64,000 nucleotides of DNA. Origin: Pelagomonas calceolata (taxonomy: Eukaryota). Each line of letters opens with the position of its first letter. Within the stretch, counting starts at the first letter, position 1. The DNA is taken from assembly GCA_918797485.1 (NCBI GenBank), contig CAKKNE010000001.1:62001-126000 (forward strand), written 5' to 3'. Below the pieces are notes generated by a model. That model made no database searches and was not told the origin of the DNA. It saw only the letters and a list, made by a program, of their open reading frames with translations. Made by a program: the position numbers and the translations under genes. This document shows, piece after piece, positions 11,692-22,320 of this stretch.

Positions 11692-11769
11692 GGACCAAAC
11701 GCCTTATCCATTAGGCCATGCGGACGTTTCAGTCCACAGAGGGATTCGAACCAGGTTTCCGACTGGTTA
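11692..11769 (-). tRNA. tRNA-like sequence with halves in permuted order (Arg-like 5' half); degenerate
   Basis: Minus strand: ..GGTTCGAATCCCTC-TGTGGAC-T-gaaac-GTCCGCA-TG-GCCT-AATGGATA-AGGC-GTTTGGTCC-T10. Acceptor and D stems pair; T stem pairs poorly. Confidence 0.5.
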
Positions 11770-12219
11770 AAGTCGACTCAATCTTTTGCTTTCACCAATG
11801 AATAACCGGAGGAGCGTCTCCTTTATTTTTAAGCGATCTATCTCCTCAAAGGAGAGATCGCTGCTTCCCGAGGAAAACGGCCGCGATGTAAATTGCGCTA
11901 GGGGAAAACCTTTTTTTCGCGATTTGACCCCTGCCGCCGCGCGCGAATCGGCGAAACTACACCGGGCTTGCATCAGGCAGACCACAGCAGTGTGCCACAG
12001 CCGCGAGAAAAGCCTGCCGCCTCAAAAACCCCGCTGCACGCTGCAAAAAGCTGCCAACCTGCCAGCCATTGTGGCAGCCTCTCCTCGCGCATCTTCAAGC
12101 GAACGCAAGTCAAGAGGCTACGACCGCGCCGCTGACATCCCTGGCCCTGCGCTCCGCTGCTGCGCGCCGCGCCGTGACCACTGCCAAGCCACCCGCGGGT
12201 CCGTCGTATAGACACAACA

Positions 12220-13143
12220 ATGCGGGTATCGCTCCTATTCCTGCTCTCCGTTCACGCACAAGCCCTCTCAACCCCGCCAACGCGCCGGCACCGCCGATCA
12301 AAACTACGCAACGCCGCGAGCACCGCACCACAAGAAAAAGGCAATAATGCCTACCGCCTCGCGTCGGCGGCCTCCGTCGCGGCCTGGTCGGCCTGCGCCG
12401 TGACGGCGCTGTCGCGTCATCCGACGCTCGCGCTGCCGGCGGCGCACGCGCGCCTGTCCATCCTGCAAGCGTTGACGCCACTACCGCTGCTGACGGCGTC
12501 GTTCGAGGCCGCCCCCGACGATCGCACCGTACAGCTCGGCCTCGCTGCGGCGTCGACCTGGCTCTGCGCGGCCGTCGTCTTCGCGCCGCATTTCACGGCC
12601 ACCGCGGCGGCGCGCGCGCCCGGCCTCGCGCACATGGCGCACTCCGCGGCCATCACCTACCCCGCGCCGCTGCGGGCGGTCGCTGCTGCTGTCCACGGCG
12701 GCGCGGCGCTGCTCTGCGGCGCGGCCTTCGCGTCGTCGCCGCCGACGAAGGGTCGCGCGCCGTCGACGGTCTGGCGCGGAGTCGCTGCTGCCTTCGCGGG
12801 CTGGGCGCTCGTCGCGGCGCTGGCGCCGTTCCCGCTCGCGACGCTGCCGACGATGCTGGGCCGGCGCCTCTCGCGGGCCTTTGGCGCTTTTTCAGTGCTC
12901 TACGCGGCGGCGGCGCTCGCGCTCGCGACCGCGGATCAAAAAGTGCTCCGCCGCGGCGTCGCGCGCGCGGCCGCGGCGCACTGGGTCGCCGTCGGCGCGA
13001 AGCTCGTCGTGGAACGCAATTGCCTTCGCGAGTTCTACCCCTCGGCGTTCTCGCGGCCCGTCGCGTCGCTCGCCGCGCTAGTGACGTTTGCGGTGGCGCT
13101 TTTCGTGGCGACACGCGGCGACGGGCGTGATGGGGTGCGGTAA
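12220..13143 (+). CDS. Multi-pass membrane protein with signal peptide, unknown function
   Basis: MRVSLLFLLSVHAQA leader; several hydrophobic helices; 307-aa ORF. Confidence 0.65.
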   Translation: MRVSLLFLLSVHAQALSTPPTRRHRRSKLRNAASTAPQEKGNNAYRLASAASVAAWSACAVTALSRHPTLALPAAHARLSILQALTPLPLLTASFEAAPDDRTVQLGLAAASTWLCAAVVFAPHFTATAAARAPGLAHMAHSAAITYPAPLRAVAAAVHGGAALLCGAAFASSPPTKGRAPSTVWRGVAAAFAGWALVAALAPFPLATLPTMLGRRLSRAFGAFSVLYAAAALALATADQKVLRRGVARAAAAHWVAVGAKLVVERNCLREFYPSAFSRPVASLAALVTFAVALFVATRGDGRDGVR

Positions 13144-13188
13144 TGGTTTGTGGGGGTATCTTGGCGCATCGGGTAGTCACTGTAAATT

Positions 13189-14933
13189 TTACTTATTACA
13201 TGGCGTACTCAGTTTCCCTGCTGCTGCAATAATGCCTCCTGGAGCCAGTCCGGCGGGCCGCCGGGCGCGGCCACGAGCTGCCGGTCGAACCAGCCGCGAG
13301 AGTTTCCGGCGTATTCGCAAAAGGTCCCGAACTCGGGACTTTCGCGGGGACGCGAATGCCTTCAGCTCGAGGCGGGCCCTGTTGGCGTCGACGGGCGTGG
13401 CGGCCTCGATGAGTGGATCGAGAAACGCGCAGACGTTCCTCGCGGCCGCTCTCGTCAGCTCGGGCCTCGCCGTCGACCCGGGCAGCTTCAGCTGCTTCAA
13501 CAAATCGACGGGCCACGTCGGCGCCGCCAGCGGCGACGATCGCGTTGGCGTGGCGCGGCGCGAGCGCCTCGAGGACACCCAAGCACACATGCCGAAGTTC
13601 GTAGAGATTCGGGCCCGGCGTCGGATTGACGCAGCTCGCGGAGCTTCGACCAGCGGGACGATGACGTCGGCGGCGAAGTGCGCGAGAGAGCAAGCCGGCG
13701 TCCAGCATGGCCGACAGCGTTTCGACACACTGTTCGGCCGCCGAGACCCGGTGCTCCATGTCGGTCGGAGATCCCAAATTGGCGCTCCATGTCGGGCCGC
13801 CAGCCGCGGGCGGGAAACCAGCGTGAATTGCTACACGAAAAAATTGCTCTTTGCCGCGCAACTGCTCCGTATAGGCCGCGAGCGCGGCGCCGTCGAGAGA
13901 AACGACCTGTAGGAGCGCGCCGACGACGCGCCTTGTCGCGAACGCGCAGCGCGTCGCGGCGTCGACTTGACCAGGAGCTGGATGATGTGGCCGCAAGCCA
14001 CAGCGTGCCCGCGCGCCAGCATGTCTACGATGGCACCGACCATTTCGGGCGTGCAGAAGGCCTGTAAGGCCGCGTCGGTGAGGTCCTGGCCCGAGGCCCT
14101 GCCGGTGAGGTCCACGAGCGAAAATAGCGCGCACACAGCACTCGCGGCGGCCTTTTCATCGCCGCCGCCGAGGCAAGCGCCAAGGGCCGTGACCAGCGAC
14201 GCATCGACCAGCGAACGGTCGCTGATTCCCATGAAGAGCTCACGCAACAAACGGAACGTGGCCTCGCGCAGACTCGCGAGCTGCGGCGAGTCGCCGCGTG
14301 CCGCGAACACGACCGAGATGGGACTGAGGATGCCCAGCGACGCATATTCTCCACAGACGGCGTCCCGCGACGTCCCTAGCGCGTGCGGGTTTCCCGAAAA
14401 AAGAGGGTCCGTGCAGTAGCTGACCTTCTCGAGCGCGTCGGCACAGCTCTGAGCGAGCATGAAGGCGTCGATCTTCTCGACAGTCAGCGGCGCGTCCGCG
14501 GCGCCACCGAGCGCCACAGACACGGCGCGGTGGTAGGCCTCGACCGCGGCCGGGACGAAGCCGGCTTCGAGGAGCAGGGATGCGCCGTCGCACGCGCCGC
14601 GCCGTGCAAACTCTAAGAGGGAATAGGCCGCGTCGCAGGCGCGCTTCGAAGCATTGCGCGCGCGTAAGGGCCCGAAGCCCGCTTCTGACAACGGCGGCGG
14701 CGTGGTCTGGATGGCGTCGACGAGTCGCCGCCGCGGGGTCTCGCGTCGAGCGTCAGGCGCCCAACCACGTCATCAGGACTTTTGTCCGTGGGGTCGCTGA
14801 GCGCGAGCGACTTACTCACGGCATCTAAGCGCGCGGCTTGGACCGTGCCCACGCCACTCTGTCTCAATACATGCAGGGCTTTCAAGGCTTTCTCGCCCGC
14901 GTTGCTGGAGGTTCGCTGACGATTGGCCGCCAT
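13189..14933 (-). CDS. Helical, ARM-repeat-like protein (frameshifted)
   Basis: Chained ORFs with LLLEAGFVPAAV, ASLVTALGACL, AIVAAGGADVAR; typical codon bias. Confidence 0.5.
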
Positions 14934-15236
14934 GACTGTCGTCTGGGCGTGTGCAGCCTGTACGATATATATCTCACGCTAGGGGAGCCGGGTAATGCAC
15001 CACGCTCTCGAGGAGGTCGCCTGCAGCCTCTCCAGCTGCAGCACACAAAGGCGTGCAATCTGCCGGCCAGGCGTGGCACGGCCGTCGTTTTCCAACTCGC
15101 GTGACTCCTATTCACAGTGCTGCGCAATCTCGCGCCGCCTCCCGGTCGAGCCACCGCGACGCCACACCACTGCTCAAGGCTGTCATCACAGCCGCCGCGC
15201 CACGCATCGCGTAGCCGTGAACAAGGACTCGTAAGC

Positions 15237-16076
15237 ATGCTGCTCCGCACTCTCGCTAGCCGCTCCACCACCGCGCGCCGCGCCCTGACCACCGCCAAGC
15301 CGCCAGACCCGGCCGCGCACACGATGGCCGCCGTCGGCGCGACGGCCGGGACGCTCGGCAGCCTCGCGGGCATGGGCGGAGGCTTTGTCGCGATTCCGCT
15401 CATGACCCGGCTGGGAGTCTCGCAGCACACGGCCCACGGGACTTCTCTCGTCGGCGCCGTCTGCACGGGCGCGGCGGGCGCCGCGGCCTACGCGGCCGAC
15501 GGCGCCGTCGACGTCAAGGCGGCCGCGGCCGTCGCGGCGACGGGCGCGCTGACGGCCGCCGCGGGCGCGCGGGCCGCCGCCGCGTTGAGCGCTGCTACGC
15601 TCTCGCGCGCCCTCGGCGCCTTCATGCTCGCGGTCGCGCCGATCGTGCCCGGCCGCAACCAGATTCTCGACGCCATCGGCGCGACGGACCGCACCAAAAC
15701 AGGAGACGACCCGGTCCGCGAGGTCGTGCCGCTGCTCGGCGTCGGCGCCGCTGCGGGCTTTCTCGCGGGTTTGTTTGGAGTCGGCGGCGGCGCGGTCGTC
15801 GTGCCGCTCCTGGCCCTGGCGACGGACCTCGACCACAAGACGGCGCTGGGGACGTCGCTCTGCGCCATGGTGCCCACGGGCGTCGCGGGCGTGCTCGCGC
15901 ACCGACGCCTCGGCCACGTCAAGCTCGCGGCCGCGGCGCCTCTCGGCCTCGGGACGTGCGTCGGCGCCTTCGCCGGCGGCCGCCTGGCGTCGGGCCTCGA
16001 CGAGGAGCCGATGCGCCTCGGCTTCGGCGCGCTCATGGTCGCGCTCGGGGCGAAGACGTTGCTGAAGAAGCCGTAG
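15237..16076 (+). CDS. Sulfite exporter TauE/SafE family (DUF81) with mitochondrial-type presequence
   Basis: Duplicated motif GSLAGMGGGFVAIP..AHGTSL / AGLFGVGGGAVVVP..ALGTSL; leader MLLRTLASRSTTARRALTT. Confidence 0.92.
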   Translation: MLLRTLASRSTTARRALTTAKPPDPAAHTMAAVGATAGTLGSLAGMGGGFVAIPLMTRLGVSQHTAHGTSLVGAVCTGAAGAAAYAADGAVDVKAAAAVAATGALTAAAGARAAAALSAATLSRALGAFMLAVAPIVPGRNQILDAIGATDRTKTGDDPVREVVPLLGVGAAAGFLAGLFGVGGGAVVVPLLALATDLDHKTALGTSLCAMVPTGVAGVLAHRRLGHVKLAAAAPLGLGTCVGAFAGGRLASGLDEEPMRLGFGALMVALGAKTLLKKP

Positions 16077-16247
16077 TTGTGTTGTTGTAACTAATTATTA
16101 TTTCTCCCTGTGTCTTCTTCGGATGGCTGCGGCCGCGCGCGGGTCTCGCGCTTGCGCACACAGTGCCAAAAGGCACATAGAGCTACGCTCAGTGGCGCCG
16201 CGAGCGGTCGAATTTGCGCGCGCCGCGCGCAGCGGCACCTCGCCACC

Positions 16248-16622
16248 ATGGCCGACGCTGCCCGCGAGGACAGAGAGCGCCTCGGCAAAAGAAGGTTGGC
16301 GGAGTTCATAGCAGAATGCGAAGAAGCGAGTGAATCGGAGAGGAGACGGGAGGAGAGGAACCAGCGGCGGGCCGAAGAACGGAGGGAGGAAATGGAGGCC
16401 GAGCGCCGCCGCCGGATTGAGCGCCGCGCGGAGCCGAGAGCGGAGACGCGCGCCGCGGGCGGCGGCGCCGACTGGCAGCCGGAGCGCCACATCGAGCCCG
16501 CCCCGGAGTCGCCGCCCCGCGACGCTACCGATGGAGTCGTCCCCTCCGAGCCGACGGCGAGCGCCCCTTCCGCGGCTCTTCAGGCGACCTCGCCGCGGAG
16601 CTCTCGGAGCTCGAGGCCTTGA
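16248..16622 (+). CDS. Short coiled-coil ORF or pseudogene; cassette ends shared with the next gene
   Basis: MADAARED start and flanks shared with the 17108 gene. Confidence 0.4.
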   Translation: MADAAREDRERLGKRRLAEFIAECEEASESERRREERNQRRAEERREEMEAERRRRIERRAEPRAETRAAGGGADWQPERHIEPAPESPPRDATDGVVPSEPTASAPSAALQATSPRSSRSSRP

Positions 16623-17107
16623 AAAAGTTTTTCGCGGCTTTTGACGCCCTCATCACGAACCGCGACGTCAAGGCCACGTGGGAGATGATTGAGCGATTAC
16701 CTGTCGATGTGGGGCCCCCTGGTACTACCCTCCGCGATTGCTACCGCAAGGCCCGCGGCCTCATCGATGCGGGCTCGGACTCCGCGTAGGCAGCGGCCAC
16801 CAGCCGGCGCGGCCTCCTCCGAACCTCCCCCTTTGATATCCCCTGATGTGCAAGAAAACCGAGCGCGCCCCGCCGCGCCCGTGGTCTCCTGGTAATGTCA
16901 TCCCCATGTAAATAATAGTACTACACTCATAGTCTATGCAGCATGCGACGAAGCCAGCGCCGGCAGCAAGTAGAGCCCGCAGGGACCGTGCGGGTTCACG
17001 CCTCAGGTGATCAGGTCGCCTGGCCTCTCCTTTAAGCGCCACAAATTGCGCGTGGCGCCGCGAGCGGTCAAATCTGCGCGCGCTGCTCGCGACAGCACCT
17101 CGTCACC

Positions 17108-18142
17108 ATGGCCGACGCTGCCCGCGACCAGCGCGAAACGACCCTGGCGCTTCGAGGGGATGTGGAGGAACCGGGTGCGGACGCCGGCGGCCCCGCGCCG
17201 TACCGGGGGAAAGATTTCGACGAGCTGAAGGCCAAGTTGGAGGCCGCGGACGCGGAGGTCAAACGCCTGAACCAGGTGAACTTCGAGCTCTTGAACGCGC
17301 AGCACGACGCCGTGTTGGCGAAGCTATCCCAGAACGAGTGCGCGAAGCAGGCGCTATGGGACTTCGCAGAAGTGGCCGGAGACGAAGACGAGATCAGGCA
17401 CGATCGAAGCGTGCGCGAGGCGCTACTAACCGAATCCCAGATCAAAAAGCAAGGGCTGCTCGAGCGTTTAGCACAGAAGCAGAATGCGGGCACGCGCCGC
17501 GCCCGCGGCGGCGTAGACCTGGGCGGACCCGGGCCCGGGCACTATATCGCGATCGCCGAGCTGAAGGTGGCGCTGGGGAAACTAGAGGTCAAACTGGAGG
17601 CCGCGCAGACGGAGAACGCGCGCCTGCACCAATTGAACCTCGAGCTCGTGACGGCGCGGCACGACGCTCTGCTCTCGGAAGTCGCTCGCCCAAAGAAGCG
17701 CGCCCGCGTCGAGGACGGCAACGTCGCCGCCGACGAGGCGAAGCCCGCGATGCAGGCTGCATGTGAATGTCCTGTAGAGGAAGCCGAAGATAGGTATATG
17801 CAACTCAAGTCCGACTTCTTGGTAACACAACGGGAGATCGAAATGCTCGGTACGCTCGACCGCACGGCTCAGGAGCAGAACCACCTGACGCGAAATGGCC
17901 TCGGCGGCGTCGACGCCGGCGGACCCGGGCCCGGGCACTATGTCGAGATGGCCGTGCTGAAGGGAACGGTCGGGAAATTGGAGATCAAACTAGCGGCCGC
18001 GCAGAAGGAGATCGCGCGCCTGAACGAGGCTCTTCAGGACGTGTTGCGGACGCGGCTCGACTCCGCGGTCGCCGAGCTCGCGGCGAGCCTCGCGCAGAAG
18101 AAGCGGTCCCGCGTCGACGACGACGCCGCCGCGAACCTGTAG
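17108..18142 (+). CDS. Coiled-coil protein with three internal repeats and KKR.RV NLS-like motifs
   Basis: GxDxGGPxP..Y..LK..KLEAA..E..RL three times; KKRARV and KKRSRV. Confidence 0.7.
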   Translation: MADAARDQRETTLALRGDVEEPGADAGGPAPYRGKDFDELKAKLEAADAEVKRLNQVNFELLNAQHDAVLAKLSQNECAKQALWDFAEVAGDEDEIRHDRSVREALLTESQIKKQGLLERLAQKQNAGTRRARGGVDLGGPGPGHYIAIAELKVALGKLEVKLEAAQTENARLHQLNLELVTARHDALLSEVARPKKRARVEDGNVAADEAKPAMQAACECPVEEAEDRYMQLKSDFLVTQREIEMLGTLDRTAQEQNHLTRNGLGGVDAGGPGPGHYVEMAVLKGTVGKLEIKLAAAQKEIARLNEALQDVLRTRLDSAVAELAASLAQKKRSRVDDDAAANL

Positions 18143-18378
18143 TAGTCGCGTGTCCCTCCCCCTACTTGATGTGCAAGAAAACCGAGCGCGCCGCGCCGCG
18201 CGCCCGTGGTCTCCTGTTAAATTGAATTGACCTTCTACTTTTCTCGCTGAGATCTGTAGCTATAAAGATTGAATGGGTAGAATCGCTCGGAAGCGCATCC
18301 ACAGCCGCGTGCGGGTGCAATCAAAACGGGTTTTTTACAGCTTCCGACCGCAGCCGTTTGCGACAAGCGGCGAGCAAA

Positions 18379-19482
18379 ATGGCTCGCCCAAACACCAAAC
18401 GGCTCCTCCCGATCCTCCTCGCAACGGCTGCGCGAGCGCTGCTTCCCCCACGGCAGCATGGCATCAGCATGAGGAGAGCACCACCCTGCCAACCAAAGCG
18501 CCGCAGAACCAAAGCACCAAACGCCGCAGCGCGCACGGCGCCAAAGCGACAGACGACCGCGCTGTCCGCGTCGAAGGACGAAAACGTCGGGAAACAAGGC
18601 GCCGTCGCCGCCGCCGAGCCCTTCGTCGAGGCCGAGGCCGGGTTCATCGACGGAGCCGCCGGTCCGGCGGCCGCCGCGGCGCCGCAGCCAACGGCCATGG
18701 ACGCCGTAACACTTGTAGCGGTCGCCGCGCCACCTTCAAAGACGAAGCCAAAACCCGACAAAAAACGGCAACAAAACAAAAGCCCCCAAAGCCTCAAGGT
18801 CGCCGCCGCGATCATAGCCCTCGCCGCCACGGCGCCGGTCCCGACGACCCTCTTCGCCTGGCACCCCGCGCTCGCGGCGCTCTCGCTCCCGCTCGCGGCG
18901 GCCGCGGGCGTCGTCGTCGCGGGCCGCGCCGCCGCCGCGAAGCGCGCCTCGGGCGCGGACCGCCGCGCGACGCTCGAGCGGCGCGTCAAGCTGCACTTTG
19001 TGCTGAGCGCGGCGGCGTCGTGGTGCCTCGTGCTCTCGACGGCGGCCGTCTTCCTGTCGAAGGCCCAGGCGCGGCGCCCCCACCTCGTCAGCGCGCACGC
19101 GCGGGCCGGCGCCGCCGCCCTGGTCGCGTGGTTCGGCGCGCTGCTCGCGGCCGAGCTCAAGGTCTGGCGCGACGGGCCGCCCTGGCGCGCCGCGCCGCGC
19201 TTCCTCTGGTCGGACCAGAGCCACCGGCGCCTCGGCGTCGGCGCGCTGCTCGTCCTCGGCGGCGCGGCGGCGACGGGCCTCGCGCTGACGGGCTTCGGCG
19301 GGCGCCTCGCGGCGCCGCGGCGGCGGACCGCGCTCGCGGCCGTGTGCGCTGGTTTTGTTCTCGAGGCCTACGACCGGCGCCGTGACTTCGCGAAGGTCCT
19401 CGGGCGGCTCCCCCGGCGGCGCGCCGCGCCCGGGGAGGCGGTCGCCGCCGTCGTCGTCCCGGAGCCGGGCGCGGCGCACTAG
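18379..19482 (+). CDS. Cytochrome b561-domain membrane protein with N-terminal leader
   Basis: Four heme-ligand histidines in expected contexts: FAWHPAL, KLHFVL, HLVSAHARAG, SHRRLG. Confidence 0.75.
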   Translation: MARPNTKRLLPILLATAARALLPPRQHGISMRRAPPCQPKRRRTKAPNAAARTAPKRQTTALSASKDENVGKQGAVAAAEPFVEAEAGFIDGAAGPAAAAAPQPTAMDAVTLVAVAAPPSKTKPKPDKKRQQNKSPQSLKVAAAIIALAATAPVPTTLFAWHPALAALSLPLAAAAGVVVAGRAAAAKRASGADRRATLERRVKLHFVLSAAASWCLVLSTAAVFLSKAQARRPHLVSAHARAGAAALVAWFGALLAAELKVWRDGPPWRAAPRFLWSDQSHRRLGVGALLVLGGAAATGLALTGFGGRLAAPRRRTALAAVCAGFVLEAYDRRRDFAKVLGRLPRRRAAPGEAVAAVVVPEPGAAH

Positions 19483-19732
19483 TTTTCCCGTGAGGATTGT
19501 GTATATTTGTAGTTTGATTCCTATGGGTCGCGGCGATGGCGTCGACGCGTCTGATGCGTTTGCCAAAAACTTGTGCTGTCGTCTGCATTAAGCCCTGTGT
19601 CGCAAGAGCGATCGCTTACTCGCGGACGAGTCTCGATCGTCCCGGTTCGCGCAGGACGCGCGCGCAGTCTGTCGTGCTCCTTTGTGGGCCGTTGCTTGCA
19701 AACTCGACCTCTGACAGCTGATCAAGTTGACC

Positions 19733-20297
19733 ATGCTTGTAGCCCAAGCCGCATGGCGCGTCCAGGGCCGCGCCTTGCGAGACGCCTGGCACCGCGCCGA
19801 GATGGACAAAATCGACGCGCAACGGAAAGAATCCGCGGCGCTCGCGGTCGAAGCCCGGCGCGACGGAAAGACGCGAGCTGCGCGCGGACGTCGCAGACAA
19901 AATCAAATCATCGGATTATTTCAAGAACATAGAACGCCTCATGGCGCACTGCAACTCGCCAGCCGCCTGCCGGGAACAGAAGGAATTACTAGAGGCCCAG
20001 AGCGAAGCAACGGCAGCGGCTATTCAAGTTGTGGATGGCATTTGGAAAATGACCGAAGCAGACGCAAGGGGTCGGGAGGCTAGTGCCAGGGCGAAGATCG
20101 CGCAGGCGGAAACCAAATGCTTCGCGGAGGTATGCTACGAGGAGGCGCACGCGCGCATGGAGGCGAGGCTCGCGGAGGTGCAGGCGGAGGTCGCGGAGGC
20201 GCAGCTGAGAAATGAACGCGCGCGGGACGCGCTCGCGGCCTATCGTGCGGAGTCGCTGGCCAAGCGCCGCCGCGTCGACTCGGAGGCTTCCTCGTAA
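19733..20297 (+). CDS. Coiled-coil ORF (frameshifted) ending AKRRRVD
   Basis: Two overlapping helical ORFs; C-terminus resembles the 17108 gene. Confidence 0.4.
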
Positions 20298-20312
20298 CTT
20301 GCAATTTTTATA

Positions 20313-20549
20313 TTATGTGTCGTCCGCGCATTTCTCGACCGCGACCGCGACGGCCTCCTTGTATTTTTTGTCGGCGTAGTATTGCTCCGCGTTGCCGCCG
20401 CGGTGGATACGTTTACAAATCTGCTTGTGGCCGCGGCGCCAGTGGTCATGCTGGCAAGTTTTGTTGCAGTACCTCGTTTTGCATCTAACGCATCGCGGCG
20501 CGTTGTGGGCCAGTGGGGCGGCGCAGGCGGCGCAATTTGTGAGGATCAT
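20313..20549 (-). pseudogene. MYND-type zinc finger gene, truncated
   Basis: MILTNCAACAAPLAHNAPRCVRCKTRYCNKTCQHDHWRRGHKQIC; stop after ADDT. Confidence 0.75.
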
Positions 20550-22062
20550 TTTGCGTTGGCGGGGTCTGTGAGGGTCGCGGCGGCGGCGCGTAAGCGTGAG
20601 AAACCCGTTTTGTTGCTTTTTCAATTCCCGCGAGAGACGCGACCTAGAGCTGTTTGAATGTCGTTCGGTTCGCTAATGGTCCAATGAGATCGATACGACG
20701 TTTCCTGAGAAGGCGAGGAACATACTCGCGGAAGTGCCCCGCTGCGACATTCGCGGATGAGTCTTACGTGTTGCCACAATACACCAGCGATTGACGCTGC
20801 CATCCACCGTCCAGATAGGACATTATATCAACTCCAGCCCAGTTTTCATACACAATCGACGGAACCGGAGCCGACGGCCCGCGCTCGGAGGGCGGGAGAA
20901 GAATTCCACTAGACAACTCCCGAGTTTATGTTCGTTTCCTTCCGTTTGTTAGTGGTAGAGTCCATCTAACCCGCATCGGCGCCCACTGAGCTATTTTAGA
21001 TAGTCCGTTAGAGCCGCGAGATTCGTCGTCTTCGCGACCCCACGTTTTATGTTAAACGAGCATTGGAACTGAACCCGCGAGTATCAGCGACGCCACTACC
21101 CAGATGGACCATAACGCCGTCGTTCTATGCACGATCGACCGACCTGCCCGTTCTCCGCGGACGACGGTGCGTACGCGGGGCACTGAATTGGCCCCAGACC
21201 GGTGGATTATAAAGTAAATTTGCGTTTCAGGCGCTTTTATTGTGGGACGGGCCAGATAACCGGCCTGAGCGGCTACTACATTGCTCGAGACCCCACGATG
21301 CTCGGCGCGGGTCGTCCATCCTGCGACCCCACTATCTTCTACAGGGGGACATAGATCTTGGATCTGCGACCATCAGCCCGTGTACCTTCACCATGGACCA
21401 TGACGCGATCATTTTTTCCATGACCGACGGACTTGCGCGAGGTCCAGATAAAGATGTTCACGTCCCGAGCGTGAGCAGCCAAAAGCACCCTTCTTATGAT
21501 GTAGATGTCATATACTTGTAATTGACTATCGCTGGGGTAGTATGGGGTCCAACGAGACCGTTACGGCGACTACTGGGGGCCCTCGGGTAATTGACGTTTT
21601 TTACGGGAACGGGGCGCCATCGGGCCCAAATTGTTTACTTTTTCGGATGCAGATCGGCTCCCGGACTCCCTCGGGGGTAGGTCTGTGGTCGGGTAGTCGC
21701 CTACGCCGGATGCGCCGGTGCTTGGGGCTCTCCAGAGAGCTCTGGATCCAAAACCTTGGCATTTTGTGCTACAGACATCTGGCTTGAGATGCATCTTGGC
21801 AGATGTATCTCTGGCGGGAAGCGCCCGCGCATGCGGCGTAGGCGATTGCACATGTATTTAACCGACCATAAGCGGCCTCGGGGAGACCTCAGGACCACGA
21901 ATCGACAGGATTCCACCGACGCGCCCGCCATGGCGGCGTCGTCAATATCGCGACATCAAGAAATTAATTTTTTTGGCCCGCAGTATGTGTCCCATTGATC
22001 GCTTTGGACCAGTAGCGAACCGAACGCTACTCGAGCGACTGCATGTCGTTTCCTGCTGGCTT

Positions 22063-22086
22063 GCTAGTGCCTTACATGCCGCTAGC
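22063..22086 (-). promoter_or_regulatory. CTAG-GTAAGACA-CTAG motif
   Basis: GCTAGCGGCATGTAAGGCACTAGC upstream of the RUN gene. Confidence 0.62.
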
Positions 22087-22320
22087 TCGGCGTCTGGCCG
22101 GCCACGGGGTAGTGAGCTTTTACGCACATCTGGTCGCCGTACGCTGGCGCAGGAGTGCCACAGCACATACGCCATCGACGCTGCCGCAGCGCTGCGGGTC
22201 ACCGCATACCCACAAACCAGGGTGTGCTCCTCAGTGACCAACCTGAGAGCACCGTCTCTCGGCGCGCACAGATCGAAATAGGCCACCAGTGACAGAGCTG
22301 CACGAACAGCAAGAGCCAAT

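Noticed and set aside
11731..11752. Retrotransposon primer-binding site
   Set aside because: Lacks the TGG complement of CCA; no adjacent LTR or gag-pol
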